Source of the DNA: Pseudomonadota bacterium
GTDB lineage: Bacteria > Pseudomonadota > Gammaproteobacteria > JAKBBU01
Assembly (NCBI GenBank): GCA_021808365.1
Contig: JAKBBU010000002.1
Span: 13,703-77,702, forward strand
Reading direction: 5' to 3'
DNA length: 64,000 bases
Shown here: in pieces, positions 38,223 through 48,621 of the stretch
Position numbering within the stretch: the first letter of the stretch is position 1
Layout: the number at the start of each line of letters is the position of its first letter
Translations under genes and position numbers: made by a program
Notes under the pieces: generated by a model
What the model was told of the DNA's origin: nothing
Databases searched by the model: none
What the model saw: the letters and a program-made list of their open reading frames with translations, nothing else

Positions 38223-39206
38223 TTACCAATATTTCCCTGTTTGTTGCCAATACGTGTAGTCATAAATAGTATCACCGAGCGGTGGTGACTCTGTGATCAC
38301 TTGCTCGAAGATTTGACGAGTCTGCGTTTCATATTGCGTACGGATGGATCGAAAATCAGTCTCAGTGAGTAATTGCCGCTCTAATAATGTTTTTTCGAAC
38401 GTCACAATAGGATCTTCTTCATCAGCATTAAAATTAGCACCACTGGCTGAGCTATGATTATATAAACGTGAAACGCTTGCTTCGAGGAGGAAGGGCTTAC
38501 GTTCTTTGCGCACATAGTCCATCGCTTTGCCGATCGCAGCATAGGACGCTTCAACATCATTTCCATCGACAAGTGCGGTTTGCATGCCAAACGCTTTTCC
38601 ACGATTGGTAATATGCTTTTCACCATGTTGTGTATGCGCTGCGGTTGAAATTCCCCAACCATTATTTGTCACAATGATCAGGATAGGCAATTCTTGTTGA
38701 GGTCTCGCGCTCCAAATTAAACAAGAAGCAAAATCGCCTTCTGCTGTTCCTGCATCCCCGCCATTGACGATCGTGATGGCATCAGTCGGATGATCGCGCT
38801 GCGCAATCCCCGTACCAATCGCCGTTAAATATTGTGTTTCGATAGGTGAGGTGATGGGAACGAGATTAAATTCTGGAATGGCATAATGGCTTGAAAAATT
38901 ACGCCCACCTGAGAATGGATCTGAAGCTGTACTTTTCATCTGCTGGATAGGACCGACAGGTGACATTCCCATCGCTAATAAAATGGCAAGAGAACGGTAG
39001 TGAAAATGAAGAAAATCATAGTCGAGGCCCTGACCTTTTTTGATCTGCAAGCCAAGCGCGACATTGAATGCTTCTTCGCCTGGACCGCCAATCCAAAAAT
39101 AACCATGATGCTGTTTACACATGGTAATCAAGCGTTCCTCAAGTACTCTTGCTTCAACCATAAGATGGTAAATCGTCAACGATGTTTCTGCGATCAGCAT
39201 AATCAT
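38223..39206 (-). CDS. 2-oxoacid dehydrogenase E1 component, alpha subunit (TPP-binding)
   Basis: TPP-binding GDG...N motif region (GGDAGTAEGDFASCLIWSA). Start trimmed from the ORF track to MIM (39206 or 39200) on the basis of a GAGG RBS. Confidence 0.8.
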   Translation of the reverse strand: MIMLIAETSLTIYHLMVEARVLEERLITMCKQHHGYFWIGGPGEEAFNVALGLQIKKGQGLDYDFLHFHYRSLAILLAMGMSPVGPIQQMKSTASDPFSGGRNFSSHYAIPEFNLVPITSPIETQYLTAIGTGIAQRDHPTDAITIVNGGDAGTAEGDFASCLIWSARPQQELPILIIVTNNGWGISTAAHTQHGEKHITNRGKAFGMQTALVDGNDVEASYAAIGKAMDYVRKERKPFLLEASVSRLYNHSSASGANFNADEEDPIVTFEKTLLERQLLTETDFRSIRTQYETQTRQIFEQVITESPPLGDTIYDYTYWQQTGKYW

Positions 39207-39435
39207 CCTCGTTTTGGCAAACAAAGGCCATCCTACCATAGCCTAACGCTCATTTCACTACTCATACATCTCGCATTAATACGCATTGGTGCAGCCTTCC
39301 CTGTGCTGAGTCAATGCGAAAAATGATTAACTGTTCAGTTTTAACACAAAAACAGTCCGAACGATAATTTTATATGACTTTTGGTAAAAACTTATGTTAT
39401 CCTATTGCTATTGTAAGAATAAATGGGGAAACCTC

Positions 39436-40017
39436 ATGGGAACAAAAAAGATTGATAAAACCCGGTTGATCAAAATAGCCACCGATCTTTTCAATCTCGG
39501 TGGCTATTCTGATACTTCGATGGCCGATATTGCTGCCAAGTGTAACATTAATAAGGCGAGCCTCTATCACCATTTTGCAAGTAAACAAGATTTAACCATC
39601 GCCGTTTTAAAACACTGGCTACATTCTTTTCAGGAAGGTTTTCTGAAGATTGCTTATGAGGAAGGTGTTGATAAAAAAGCGCGACTCGGTCAATTGTTAG
39701 AGAAACTTGAGCATTTTTTTATGGATTCCGAAGGTGGCTGCCTCATGGCTAATTTAACTTTGGAAATCGGTACCACAATTCCCGAATTTACATCGATTTT
39801 TAAAGCTTATTTTGAAAGTTGGATCAATGCCATTGCTCATTTGCTTGAACCTTTTCAAGGAAAAGTCCGCGCTAAACAATCGGCTGAAGAAATTGTTGCC
39901 GAATTTGAAGGTATGCTAATGTTAACCAATTTATTTCAAGATTCAACCTTGCTTCGTCGTCAACGCGATCGTCTGCTGGCTTCACTCACTCAGGAACAAG
40001 AAGGCAGTATTGCGTAG
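39436..40017 (+). CDS. TetR/AcrR-family transcriptional regulator
   Basis: HTH signature GYSDTSMADIAAKCNINKASLYHHFASKQDL. Start chosen at MGTKK. Confidence 0.75.
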   Translation: MGTKKIDKTRLIKIATDLFNLGGYSDTSMADIAAKCNINKASLYHHFASKQDLTIAVLKHWLHSFQEGFLKIAYEEGVDKKARLGQLLEKLEHFFMDSEGGCLMANLTLEIGTTIPEFTSIFKAYFESWINAIAHLLEPFQGKVRAKQSAEEIVAEFEGMLMLTNLFQDSTLLRRQRDRLLASLTQEQEGSIA

Positions 40018-40034
40018 GGATTTCTTGAGCCCTT

Positions 40035-41192
40035 CTATATACTCGCGGCCAACAGTTTTAATACTAACTCAGCAGCATCATAAGTGGAAGGATTACTCAT
40101 CATCCTTTTTTTCATCGCCTGTAATTTTAATCTTGTTTGCGCACAATACGCAGGATCATCCAAATAACGTTGAATTTCTAGAGCAATTCGTTTCGGTGTC
40201 GCAAGATATTGCACAAGTTCTACTGCAATTTCCTCACCCGCCACAATGTTGCAAAGGCCATAATAAGGAGTATGAACCAATACGAGTAACAACAAGGCCG
40301 AAAACAAGGACATACGATATGCTAGAACGGCTGGAATCTCAAGTAAAGCCACTTCAAGCGTCACAGTTCCAAACACCGACATCACGGCATCACAACAAAT
40401 TAATACATCATAAAGCGATTGAGAAATAATCGTCACCGGTGCTTGGCTTGTCTTTAAATAAGATTCAACCCATTCTGATTTCAAAGTTGATGCGAGCGGC
40501 ATTATAAATTGTAGATTGGGATCGCGTGCATACAAACGATTAACTGCTTTCACAAATAAAGGTAATACACTTTTAACTTCGAACGGGCGACTACCTGGCA
40601 GAATACCAATCACGCGCCGCTTTGGATTTGGATCCAATTGAAATTTAGCCTTAGCTTCTGGAATGGATAAACTCGGCTGAACTTGAGCAGCCAGGGGATG
40701 CCCCACATAATAAGCTTCAACGCCGTGACGGCGATAAAAATCAGCTTCAAACGGCAATAAGACTGCCATCATATCCACATATTTTTTAACGATCTTCACA
40801 CGGCCTCGCCGCCAAGCCCAAAGCTGAGGGCTGATGTAATAAAAGACTTTAATGCCCGCCTGATGTGCTTTTTTTGCGAGCCGCAAATTGATTTCAGGGT
40901 AATCTACCAAAATTAATACTTCAGGCTGATGCTCAACTAAATAATGACATAATTTTTTATAAATTTTAAGAACACGCCAACCTTCAGTGATGATTTCATA
41001 AGGCCCTGTTAAACACATTTCTGAAATATCATGAAACGTCTGCACACCTGCAGCGCGCATGCACTCCCCACCGGTACCACAAAATTCAAGATGAGGATCT
41101 AATTGTTTTAGGCGTTCAACTAATCGAGCTGCATTTTTATCACCTGAGGCTTCGCCTGCAACAATGAGGATTTTTTTTGCAGAATTAACCAA
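40035..41192 (-). CDS. lpxB: Lipid-A-disaccharide synthase
   Basis: KILIVAGEASGDKNAARLVERLK N-terminus and GT-B fold length (385 aa). Confidence 0.9.
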   Translation of the reverse strand: MVNSAKKILIVAGEASGDKNAARLVERLKQLDPHLEFCGTGGECMRAAGVQTFHDISEMCLTGPYEIITEGWRVLKIYKKLCHYLVEHQPEVLILVDYPEINLRLAKKAHQAGIKVFYYISPQLWAWRRGRVKIVKKYVDMMAVLLPFEADFYRRHGVEAYYVGHPLAAQVQPSLSIPEAKAKFQLDPNPKRRVIGILPGSRPFEVKSVLPLFVKAVNRLYARDPNLQFIMPLASTLKSEWVESYLKTSQAPVTIISQSLYDVLICCDAVMSVFGTVTLEVALLEIPAVLAYRMSLFSALLLLVLVHTPYYGLCNIVAGEEIAVELVQYLATPKRIALEIQRYLDDPAYCAQTRLKLQAMKKRMMSNPSTYDAAELVLKLLAASI

Positions 41193-42282
41193 GCGTAACC
41201 TCTCGAATCACCTGTGCTACAGCACGTACTTGTTCATCCGTCATTTCCGGATAAATCGGCAGGGATAAACAACGCCGAGCAACATCCTCACTGTGTGGAA
41301 AATGAAGATGTGAATAAGTTTCCAAAAATACAGGCTGGCGATGAATGGGTTTTGGATAATGAATGGATGAAGCAATATTCATTTTGTTCAGGGCTTGCAT
41401 GATTTCACTGCGGCAATCGGTAAGAATCGTGTATTGATGATAAACATGCCCTCCTGCATAAATTTCAGTGGGCGTGACAACATTCGTATCAGACAATAAT
41501 TCGTTATATTGCGCAGCAATGCGGCGACGTGCCAAATTAAATTCGTCAAGGTATTTTAATTTAACTCTTAAAATAGCTGCTTGAATTTCATCAAGCCGAC
41601 TATTTAAACCAATTTCAGTATGCTCATAACGAATTTCACTGCCATGGGCGCGCAAGGAACGTACATGCCTCGCACGTTCATCAGACTGCATGGTGATCAA
41701 CCCACCATCACCAAAGCCACCTAAGGTTTTCGTAGGGTAAAAACTAAAGCATCCAAACTCCCCCATACTACCTGTCTGACGGCCTTGATAGAGTGCTCCA
41801 AACGACTGCGCACAATCTTCAATGACAATTAAATTGTGTTTTTTAGCCAAATTTAAAATCGGCTCTAGCTCAACCACTTGCCCATAGAGATGAACAGGAA
41901 TAATAGCGCGTGTTTTATCGGTGATTGCCGAGGCGATTTTATTAACATCAATGTTATATGTTTTTGGATCAATATCTATAAAAACCGGTTTTGCTCCCAA
42001 ATAACGAATGGCTTCGCAAGCTGCAATAAATGAAAATGGCGTGGTGATCACTTCATCACCTGCTTTGATTCCTTCAGCCATGAGCGCGAGGTAAATCGCA
42101 TCAGTCCCTGAAGCCACGCCGATTGCATGTTTAACACCTAAATAATGTGCCGCTTCTGCTTCAAAAGCCTGAACATGAGGCCCTAAAATATAATGTCCTT
42201 TTGCAAGCACATCCAATACATTGGCATCAATTTCAGCTTTTAATCGTTGGTATTGTATTTGTAAATCGACCATTGGGATCAT
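41185..42282 (-). CDS. DegT-family PLP-dependent sugar aminotransferase (GnnB-like UDP-3-keto-GlcNAc aminotransferase, inferred)
   Basis: Catalytic Lys retained (SFYPTKTLGGFGDGG). Positioned between a Gfo/Idh/MocA oxidoreductase and lpxB. Confidence 0.65.
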   Translation of the reverse strand: MIPMVDLQIQYQRLKAEIDANVLDVLAKGHYILGPHVQAFEAEAAHYLGVKHAIGVASGTDAIYLALMAEGIKAGDEVITTPFSFIAACEAIRYLGAKPVFIDIDPKTYNIDVNKIASAITDKTRAIIPVHLYGQVVELEPILNLAKKHNLIVIEDCAQSFGALYQGRQTGSMGEFGCFSFYPTKTLGGFGDGGLITMQSDERARHVRSLRAHGSEIRYEHTEIGLNSRLDEIQAAILRVKLKYLDEFNLARRRIAAQYNELLSDTNVVTPTEIYAGGHVYHQYTILTDCRSEIMQALNKMNIASSIHYPKPIHRQPVFLETYSHLHFPHSEDVARRCLSLPIYPEMTDEQVRAVAQVIREVTLG

Positions 42283-42299
42283 ATTTAAAACCCTCTTGT

Positions 42300-43295
42300 T
42301 TAAAAATAAAGTGGATGATTCTCTTTAATGTAGTCTAATTGCTGATGCAAAGATTCAGTGATTTTAATCGCAGTTTCTAACGCTGCACGACCCGCCTCAC
42401 CACTAACCATAGGCGGAATTCCTTCAGCAATGGATCTCAAAAAGGCAAAGATTTCACTTCGAATCGCATCGCTTTGTTCAAATTCGTGTTCTTCATAGGT
42501 AATTTCAGGAATGCCAGGAAACATTTCTTCTTCACCTTTACGGTGAACCACCACGCGACGATGTTGGAAATCAATGGAAAGATAAGCATCATGCTGGAAA
42601 ATCTTAAATTTCCGTTCTGTTTTAAGGCTAGCACGACTTGCCGTCACATTCGCAACGCAACCATTGGTGAATTTAATGCGTGCATTGGCAATATCTACAT
42701 CGTCAGATAATACTGGGCCGCCACAAGCATCGAGGCTTAAAATGGGCGAATAATTAACCATCGACAAAATAAGATCAATATCGTGGATCATAATATCCAA
42801 TACCACATTCACATCCGCACCGCGCGGATTGTAAGGTGCAAGCCGATGTGCCTCAATAAAAAGAGGTTCTTTTAAAACGCCTTCAAGAGCGTGATTGACG
42901 GCATTAAACCGCTCAAGATGACCAATTTGTAAAATCACATTTTGTTCTTTAGCAATTTTAATCAATTGGTCTGCTTCTTCTAAAGTGCTTGTAATCGGCT
43001 TTTCGAGTAAAACATGAACGCCATGCTCTAAAAAAAACTTTGCTACTTCATAATGTGCCTTCGTGGGCACCGCAATACTGACCGCATCGACCTTGCCAAT
43101 TAAATCGCGATAATTTGAAAAGATCTCGATGCCCTTATAACCGAGTTCAGACAAGCCACCAATCACGAGTTGTGCATGCTCTACATTGACATCGGCCAAG
43201 GCAACGAGTTTTGCTTGTGGAAGCATTGCAAATTTTTGAGCGTGGAATTTGCCAATATAGCCAATGCCCACGACGGCACATTTTATTATCTTCAT
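42300..43295 (-). CDS. Gfo/Idh/MocA oxidoreductase (GnnA-like UDP-GlcNAc 3-dehydrogenase, inferred)
   Basis: MKIIKCAVVGIGYIGKFH Rossmann N-terminus. The ORF track's N-terminal extension runs through the palindromic element and is rejected. Confidence 0.65.
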   Translation of the reverse strand: MKIIKCAVVGIGYIGKFHAQKFAMLPQAKLVALADVNVEHAQLVIGGLSELGYKGIEIFSNYRDLIGKVDAVSIAVPTKAHYEVAKFFLEHGVHVLLEKPITSTLEEADQLIKIAKEQNVILQIGHLERFNAVNHALEGVLKEPLFIEAHRLAPYNPRGADVNVVLDIMIHDIDLILSMVNYSPILSLDACGGPVLSDDVDIANARIKFTNGCVANVTASRASLKTERKFKIFQHDAYLSIDFQHRRVVVHRKGEEEMFPGIPEITYEEHEFEQSDAIRSEIFAFLRSIAEGIPPMVSGEAGRAALETAIKITESLHQQLDYIKENHPLYF

Positions 43296-43375
43296 TAAAA
43301 TACTCGCCAGTGGCTCCATAAGTACAGTACAATTTTCAGGGCGCATCCTGACATTTTTTGGGCTAAAAAGCAATT

Positions 43376-43459
43376 TTATAGCATTTCTCATAGAGGAAAG
43401 GCTGCGCCAATGCGTGTTGTGGCATTGGCGCAGCCTTTCCTCTATGAGAAATGCTATAA
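43376..43459. repeat. Perfect 38-bp-stem hairpin with loop GTGTTGTG (REP-like element, copy 1) in the gnnA/rnhB divergent region
   Basis: ttatagcatttctcatagaggaaaggctgcgccaatgc-gtgttgtg-gcattggcgcagcctttcctctatgagaaatgctataa, read directly. Confidence 0.6.
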
Positions 43460-43493
43460 AGCACGACAAAACTAACGACTGAAAGGAAAAACT

Positions 43494-44063
43494 ATGGAAA
43501 ATCTCTGTGTTGGTGTCGACGAAGCAGGCCGAGGGCCTCTTGCAGGGCCTGTCATCGCAGCTGCCGTGATTTTTAAAACAGCCTACAGAATAAAAGGGTT
43601 AGGAGACTCAAAAACCTTAAGCGCCGCTCAACGTGAAGATTTAGTTGAAGCGATTCAATCCCGAGCTGTGGCGTTTGCGATCGGGCGGGCTGAGGTTGAA
43701 GAAATCGACCGGCACAATATTTTACAAGCCAGCTTATTGGCCATGGAACGCGCTGTTGCCGCCCTACACACGAAGCCTGATCTAGCCCTGATCGATGGCT
43801 TGCATCTACCCAAACTCAGCATCCCTGCCGCAGCTATTGTCGGCGGAGATGCCCATGTGCCCGTCATTAGCGCCGCATCAATCTTAGCCAAAGTTGCCCG
43901 GGATCGGGAAATGGTTGAGTTAGATGCGCTTTATCCTCAGTATGGTTTTGCACAACATAAGGGTTACGGTACAGCGATCCACCTTGCTGCCTTGAAGCAA
44001 TACGGCCCCTGCCCTGCACATCGTTTGACGTTTGGGCCGGTTAGACACCTTTTACCCCCTTAA
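43494..44063 (+). CDS. rnhB: Ribonuclease HII
   Basis: [20 protein letters not shown] catalytic DEAGRG motif, 189 aa. Confidence 0.9.
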   Translation: MENLCVGVDEAGRGPLAGPVIAAAVIFKTAYRIKGLGDSKTLSAAQREDLVEAIQSRAVAFAIGRAEVEEIDRHNILQASLLAMERAVAALHTKPDLALIDGLHLPKLSIPAAAIVGGDAHVPVISAASILAKVARDREMVELDALYPQYGFAQHKGYGTAIHLAALKQYGPCPAHRLTFGPVRHLLPP

Positions 44064-44071
44064 TTTAAGTT

Positions 44072-44154
44072 GATCTTTCATTCAGCAAAAAGAAGGCTTC
44101 GCAAATGCGTGTTGTGGCATTTGACGCAGCCTTCTTTTTGCTGAATGAAAGATC
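44072..44154. repeat. Nested hairpin (26-bp perfect outer stem, inner stem caaatgc/gcatttg, same GTGTTGTG loop), REP-like copy 2, between convergent rnhB and the GDSL lipase gene
   Basis: gatctttcattcagcaaaaagaaggc...gccttctttttgctgaatgaaagatc, read directly. May double as a bidirectional terminator. Confidence 0.6.
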
Positions 44155-44163
44155 ACGACGACC

Positions 44164-45069
44164 TCACCCCACCATCCCTGTATCTTCTAAATCTTCCTTC
44201 GCAATGACAGCAAAGTCATGATGAATTTTACGAGTAGGATGAATCATATCCCAAAAAAGATAATCATCTGGATCAGCACAAATCACTGGAGCATCCCCTT
44301 TGACAGCTTTCCCTCTAAAACTGCCTTGATAACAAGGTGTCGTAACATTATTCACGCCAAATTGCTTCGGATGCTCAATCGCAGCATCAAACAAGTGAGC
44401 AGCATCGATTTGAACAATATGCAAACTGGGTTGCTCGAGCCCCAATGTATTCAAGTCTTGAGCTAAATCTTGATTATGCGCCACAATCAAATCATGCAAA
44501 TGCGTAGCATAATCAGGATCTGTCGCATTTTTTCGCTGCCCCCAAGGGTTCTTACTTAAATCAGGCAAATTAATGACCAAGAAATTTTGCGCACCTCGCG
44601 CAGCCAAGGCACGGATCCCCCAAATAATATCAGACACATTTTTAGGCACCTGACTCAATGCTGCATAAGGATGGAAAAAATAATTATTTGCACCGATCCA
44701 AATTACATAGAGCCCATCAGGATCAAGAGCCGTCTGTGTTCTCAAATAATTTTTAATTTGTTTTTTATAATTAGGTACAAAACCCGTACTCGTTTGCGCA
44801 CCTCCATACGCAAAATCATGCAAGGCATTTGGTTTAAGCCCAATAAGCGGCACTAAATCTTCAACCCAGACAGGGCCATTACTAAAACGCCCGTCATAAT
44901 AAGGCGGAGAAAGCGGTGTTTTTGCATCTTTTAGCTTATAAAGATTACCATTATCAGATAGGCTATCGCCAAATACATATAAAGCATCAATTTGAGCATG
45001 TGCTGTTAACGAGCACATTAGAACCAACATCAATGCAACATATTTTAACCAAGATGTTCTTACTGCCAC
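44164..45069 (-). CDS. Secreted GDSL/SGNH-family lipase/phospholipase
   Basis: Signal peptide followed by the VFGDSLSDNGN block I motif. Confidence 0.8.
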   Translation of the reverse strand: MAVRTSWLKYVALMLVLMCSLTAHAQIDALYVFGDSLSDNGNLYKLKDAKTPLSPPYYDGRFSNGPVWVEDLVPLIGLKPNALHDFAYGGAQTSTGFVPNYKKQIKNYLRTQTALDPDGLYVIWIGANNYFFHPYAALSQVPKNVSDIIWGIRALAARGAQNFLVINLPDLSKNPWGQRKNATDPDYATHLHDLIVAHNQDLAQDLNTLGLEQPSLHIVQIDAAHLFDAAIEHPKQFGVNNVTTPCYQGSFRGKAVKGDAPVICADPDDYLFWDMIHPTRKIHHDFAVIAKEDLEDTGMVG

Positions 45070-47816
45070 CCATATCTCCTCTTATAAAAAACTTTCATCA
45101 ATTGCGCCGTGCCCATATAAGCCAATAAGATCACCACTAAGAAAGGATAGTATATTAACGGCAAAGCTTGCATCTTAAAATCATGTGCGAAGGGCCCCAT
45201 CACTAAAAAAATACCCAAGGCAATGATCGAGGTCGTTGCCGCAACTAATACCCATGAAGGACGACTCTGGATAAAGGGAATTTTTTTAGTACGAATCATA
45301 TGTACAATTAAGGTTTGAGAAATTAATCCTTCCACAAACCACCCCGATTGAAATAAGGTTTGATACGCAGGCACGTTTGCACCAAAGTAATACCACATCA
45401 AGGCAAATGTGGCCACATCAAAAATAGAACTCACAGGGCCGAAAAACGCCATGAATCGGCCAATGTCTGCAGAATTCCAACGCTGTGGTTTCTGTAATAA
45501 TTCAGAATCAACATTATCAAAAGGAATCGCAATTTGTGAAATATCATACAGTAAATTTTGAACTAAAATCTGCAAAGGTAACATCGGTAAGAAAGGCAAA
45601 AACACGCTGGCAATCAAGACTGAAAATACATTTCCAAAATTAGAACTTGCAGCCATTTTAATATATTTGAGCATATTCGAAAATGTTTTCCGCCCTTCAA
45701 TCACGCCGCGCTCCAACACCATCAAACTTTTTTCAAGCAAAATAATATCAGCTGCTTCCTTGGCAATATCTACGGCTGAATCTACAGAAATCCCAATATC
45801 CGCTGCACGCAGTGCTGGAGCATCATTAATGCCATCACCCATAAAACCCACCACATGCCCATTGGCACGCAGCGCATGCACAATCCGTTCCTTGTGCGAA
45901 GGAGTGAGTTTTGCAAACACATTGACGGTCTCAACCGCTTCAGATAAGGTCACATCATCCATCGCTTCAATGTCTGATCCTAATAAAAGAGCGCTGATTT
46001 TAATACCCACTTCGCGGCAAATTTTACCCGTCACCAATTCATTATCACCCGTTAAAATTTTAACCTCCACACCGTGGTGGTGCAGCGCTTCAAGCGCCGG
46101 TGCTGTTGATTCTTTCGGCGGATCAAGAAAGGCAATATATCCAAGGAGTGATAATTCACACTCATCTGCAATACTAAAATTCTCTTTATCTGCTGGAAAT
46201 TCACGCATTGCCACAGCCACTACGCGCAACCCTTCTGCATTTAACGTCGCGGTTACTTCGCGAATTTTATCGAGAATTTCAGAATTAACTTCCAACAGTG
46301 CATTGCGATGTCGAATCATCGTACATGCACTTAATACTTCTTCAACAGCACCCTTACAAATCAAAGTATGGCGATTATTTTTTTCGGAAACAATCACCGA
46401 CATCCGCCTACGTTGAAAATCAAAGGGAATTTCATCAATTTTTTGGTAATTCTCGCTGATCTTCGTTTCCTGCGCCACGCCCACATGCTCAAGCACTGTT
46501 CTGTCCAATAGGTTTTTCAACCCTGTTTGATAGAAGCTATTTAAATAAGCATAATCCAAAACTTCTTCGGATTCCTCGCCATACACATCGGTATAACGTT
46601 CCAGAAAAATTTTATCCTGGGTTAATGTACCCGTCTTATCCGTACACAACACATTCATTGCACCAAAGTTTTGAATCGCATCGAGTCGCTTGACGATCAC
46701 TTTCTTGCCAGACAATGCGATAGCACCCTTTGCAAGGGTTGATGTCACGATCATAGGAAGCATTTCGGGCGTTAAGCCTACAGCAATCGATAATGAGAAC
46801 AAAAATGCCTCAGTCCAATTTGACTTGGTCCACCCATTAAGCACAAATACAATCGGTGTCATGGCCAACATGAAGCGAATCAGCAACCAACTGATTTTAT
46901 TCACACCCATTTGAAAGGCCGTGGGAGCACGATCAACCTGCGTGACACGTTCAGCCAGAGCTCCAAAATACGTTTGACTGCCGGTACCCAAAACAATTGC
47001 CGTTGCTGATCCACTCACAATATTCGTCCCCATGAACAAGATATTATCAAGATCAAACAAATTGGCCTGTGAGGGATCATGCTGTATGGGAAATTTTTCA
47101 ACCGGCAAAGCTTCACCGGTCATACTCACTTGGCTGATGAACAGATCTTTTGCCGATAAAATACGCAGATCCGCGGGAATCATATCGCCCGCCGACAAAA
47201 TCAAGACATCCCCGGGCACCAATTCGTTGATCGGTAATTCTTCACGATGCAAGTATTGGTTATTTGTATGAGGATGTTCCATTTCACCCTGCGTTTCAGG
47301 GATCCGCCGCAAGACCGTCGCCGTATTGATCACCAAGGCTTTGAGTTTTTCTGCCGCTTGGTTCGAACGCCTTTCTTGCCAAAAGCGAATCAGCGTTGAT
47401 AACACCACCATACAAGAAATCACAACCGTGCCTTGCTTATCGCCCGTATACGCCGAAAGACAGGCCAGCGCTGTCAGTAATAAATTGAAGGGATTTTTAT
47501 AGCATAACCAAAGATGTGCCCACCAAGAAAGGGGTTTTTCATACTCAAATTCATTGGGCCCAAAAATGTCGTGGAGAGCTTCAGCTTCCTCGGCCGTCAA
47601 CCCATTGGCGTGTGAACCCAGCTTTTTTATGAGTTCCTCAGAATCAATCAGCGCAGCACTGAACAGGGCTTCAGTAAGCTTAGGCGGTAGATCCTTGGGT
47701 TTTGGCGCTCGTTTGAGCAAATCGAACAAGCCATAGCGGCGAAAATAGCGGCTGACATGCCGCGTCCGCAGAAAGCTTGCGAAAAAGTTTTTAAATAGAC
47801 TCATGGGAGGATCCAC
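45060..47816 (-). CDS. mgtA: Magnesium-importing P-type ATPase
   Basis: DKTGTLT phosphorylation site, GDGINDAPAL, TGES-like region, about 918 aa. The start may be GTG at 47816 or ATG at 47804. Confidence 0.9.
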   Translation of the reverse strand: MDPPMSLFKNFFASFLRTRHVSRYFRRYGLFDLLKRAPKPKDLPPKLTEALFSAALIDSEELIKKLGSHANGLTAEEAEALHDIFGPNEFEYEKPLSWWAHLWLCYKNPFNLLLTALACLSAYTGDKQGTVVISCMVVLSTLIRFWQERRSNQAAEKLKALVINTATVLRRIPETQGEMEHPHTNNQYLHREELPINELVPGDVLILSAGDMIPADLRILSAKDLFISQVSMTGEALPVEKFPIQHDPSQANLFDLDNILFMGTNIVSGSATAIVLGTGSQTYFGALAERVTQVDRAPTAFQMGVNKISWLLIRFMLAMTPIVFVLNGWTKSNWTEAFLFSLSIAVGLTPEMLPMIVTSTLAKGAIALSGKKVIVKRLDAIQNFGAMNVLCTDKTGTLTQDKIFLERYTDVYGEESEEVLDYAYLNSFYQTGLKNLLDRTVLEHVGVAQETKISENYQKIDEIPFDFQRRRMSVIVSEKNNRHTLICKGAVEEVLSACTMIRHRNALLEVNSEILDKIREVTATLNAEGLRVVAVAMREFPADKENFSIADECELSLLGYIAFLDPPKESTAPALEALHHHGVEVKILTGDNELVTGKICREVGIKISALLLGSDIEAMDDVTLSEAVETVNVFAKLTPSHKERIVHALRANGHVVGFMGDGINDAPALRAADIGISVDSAVDIAKEAADIILLEKSLMVLERGVIEGRKTFSNMLKYIKMAASSNFGNVFSVLIASVFLPFLPMLPLQILVQNLLYDISQIAIPFDNVDSELLQKPQRWNSADIGRFMAFFGPVSSIFDVATFALMWYYFGANVPAYQTLFQSGWFVEGLISQTLIVHMIRTKKIPFIQSRPSWVLVAATTSIIALGIFLVMGPFAHDFKMQALPLIYYPFLVVILLAYMGTAQLMKVFYKRRYGWQ

Positions 47817-47874
47817 CCTGCTGTGTACAGTCAGAGTTTATACAATCTACCGGTTTTTTGCGAGGGTTTCCGCC

Positions 47875-48621
47875 CTACACCCGATACGCCGTATGTAAGG
47901 CAACAATGCCGCCGGATAAATTGTGGTATTTACAGGTGTCGAAACCTGCATCGAGGACCATAGTTTTTAGGGTTTCTTGATCGGGGTGCATGCGGATAGA
48001 TTCCGCCAAGTAGCGGTAGCTTGCGGCGTCTTTGAGGAGAAGTTTTCCGAGCAAGGGAAGCACGCTGAAAGAATAGGCGTCATAAACAGGCTGAAGTAGC
48101 GGAAGTGTGGGTTTTGAAAATTCTAAGATGAGTAATTGTCCACCTGGTTTTAACACGCGGAACATAGATGTAAGCGCTTTAGATTTGTCGGTCACATTAC
48201 GCAATCCAAATGCAATGCTGACGACATCAAAATGTGAATCGGCAAAGGGAAGATATTCTGCATTCGCTTGAACATATTCGATCGGCTCTAATAAACCTTG
48301 ATCAATTAATCGATCTCGGCCTACATTTAACATATTGGCATTGATATCAGCCAAGATCACTTGGCCTTCTGGACCGACACGTTTTGCAAATTCGCGGGTT
48401 AAATCGCCTGTTCCCCCGGCGATGTCTAATACTTTTTGTCCGAGCCGTACATGGCTTTGCCCGAGTGTGAATCGTTTCCATAAACGATGCACGCCCAGGG
48501 ACATTAAATCATTCATGAGATCATATTTTCCAGCAACCGAATCAAATACTTCTTTGACCCGTGTTTCTTTTTGGTCTTCTGGAATTTGTTCATAACCAAA
48601 ATCAGTGGTTTTATTTGTCAT
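47875..48621 (-). CDS. ubiE: Ubiquinone/menaquinone biosynthesis C-methyltransferase
   Basis: [14 protein letters not shown] motif and a UbiE-like N-terminus. Confidence 0.9.
   Translation of the reverse strand: MTNKTTDFGYEQIPEDQKETRVKEVFDSVAGKYDLMNDLMSLGVHRLWKRFTLGQSHVRLGQKVLDIAGGTGDLTREFAKRVGPEGQVILADINANMLNVGRDRLIDQGLLEPIEYVQANAEYLPFADSHFDVVSIAFGLRNVTDKSKALTSMFRVLKPGGQLLILEFSKPTLPLLQPVYDAYSFSVLPLLGKLLLKDAASYRYLAESIRMHPDQETLKTMVLDAGFDTCKYHNLSGGIVALHTAYRV

Noticed and set aside
43296-43469. N-terminal extension of the gnnA-like oxidoreductase (ORF track start 43469)
   Set aside because: The extension is translated straight through the 84-bp perfect hairpin element. The Rossmann motif begins at the internal Met (43295).
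45667-46416. 249-aa plus-strand ORF inside mgtA
   Set aside because: It lies entirely antisense to the well-supported 918-aa P-type ATPase gene. It is Ser/Ala/Arg-rich in the way typical of a reverse-frame artefact of a coding region.
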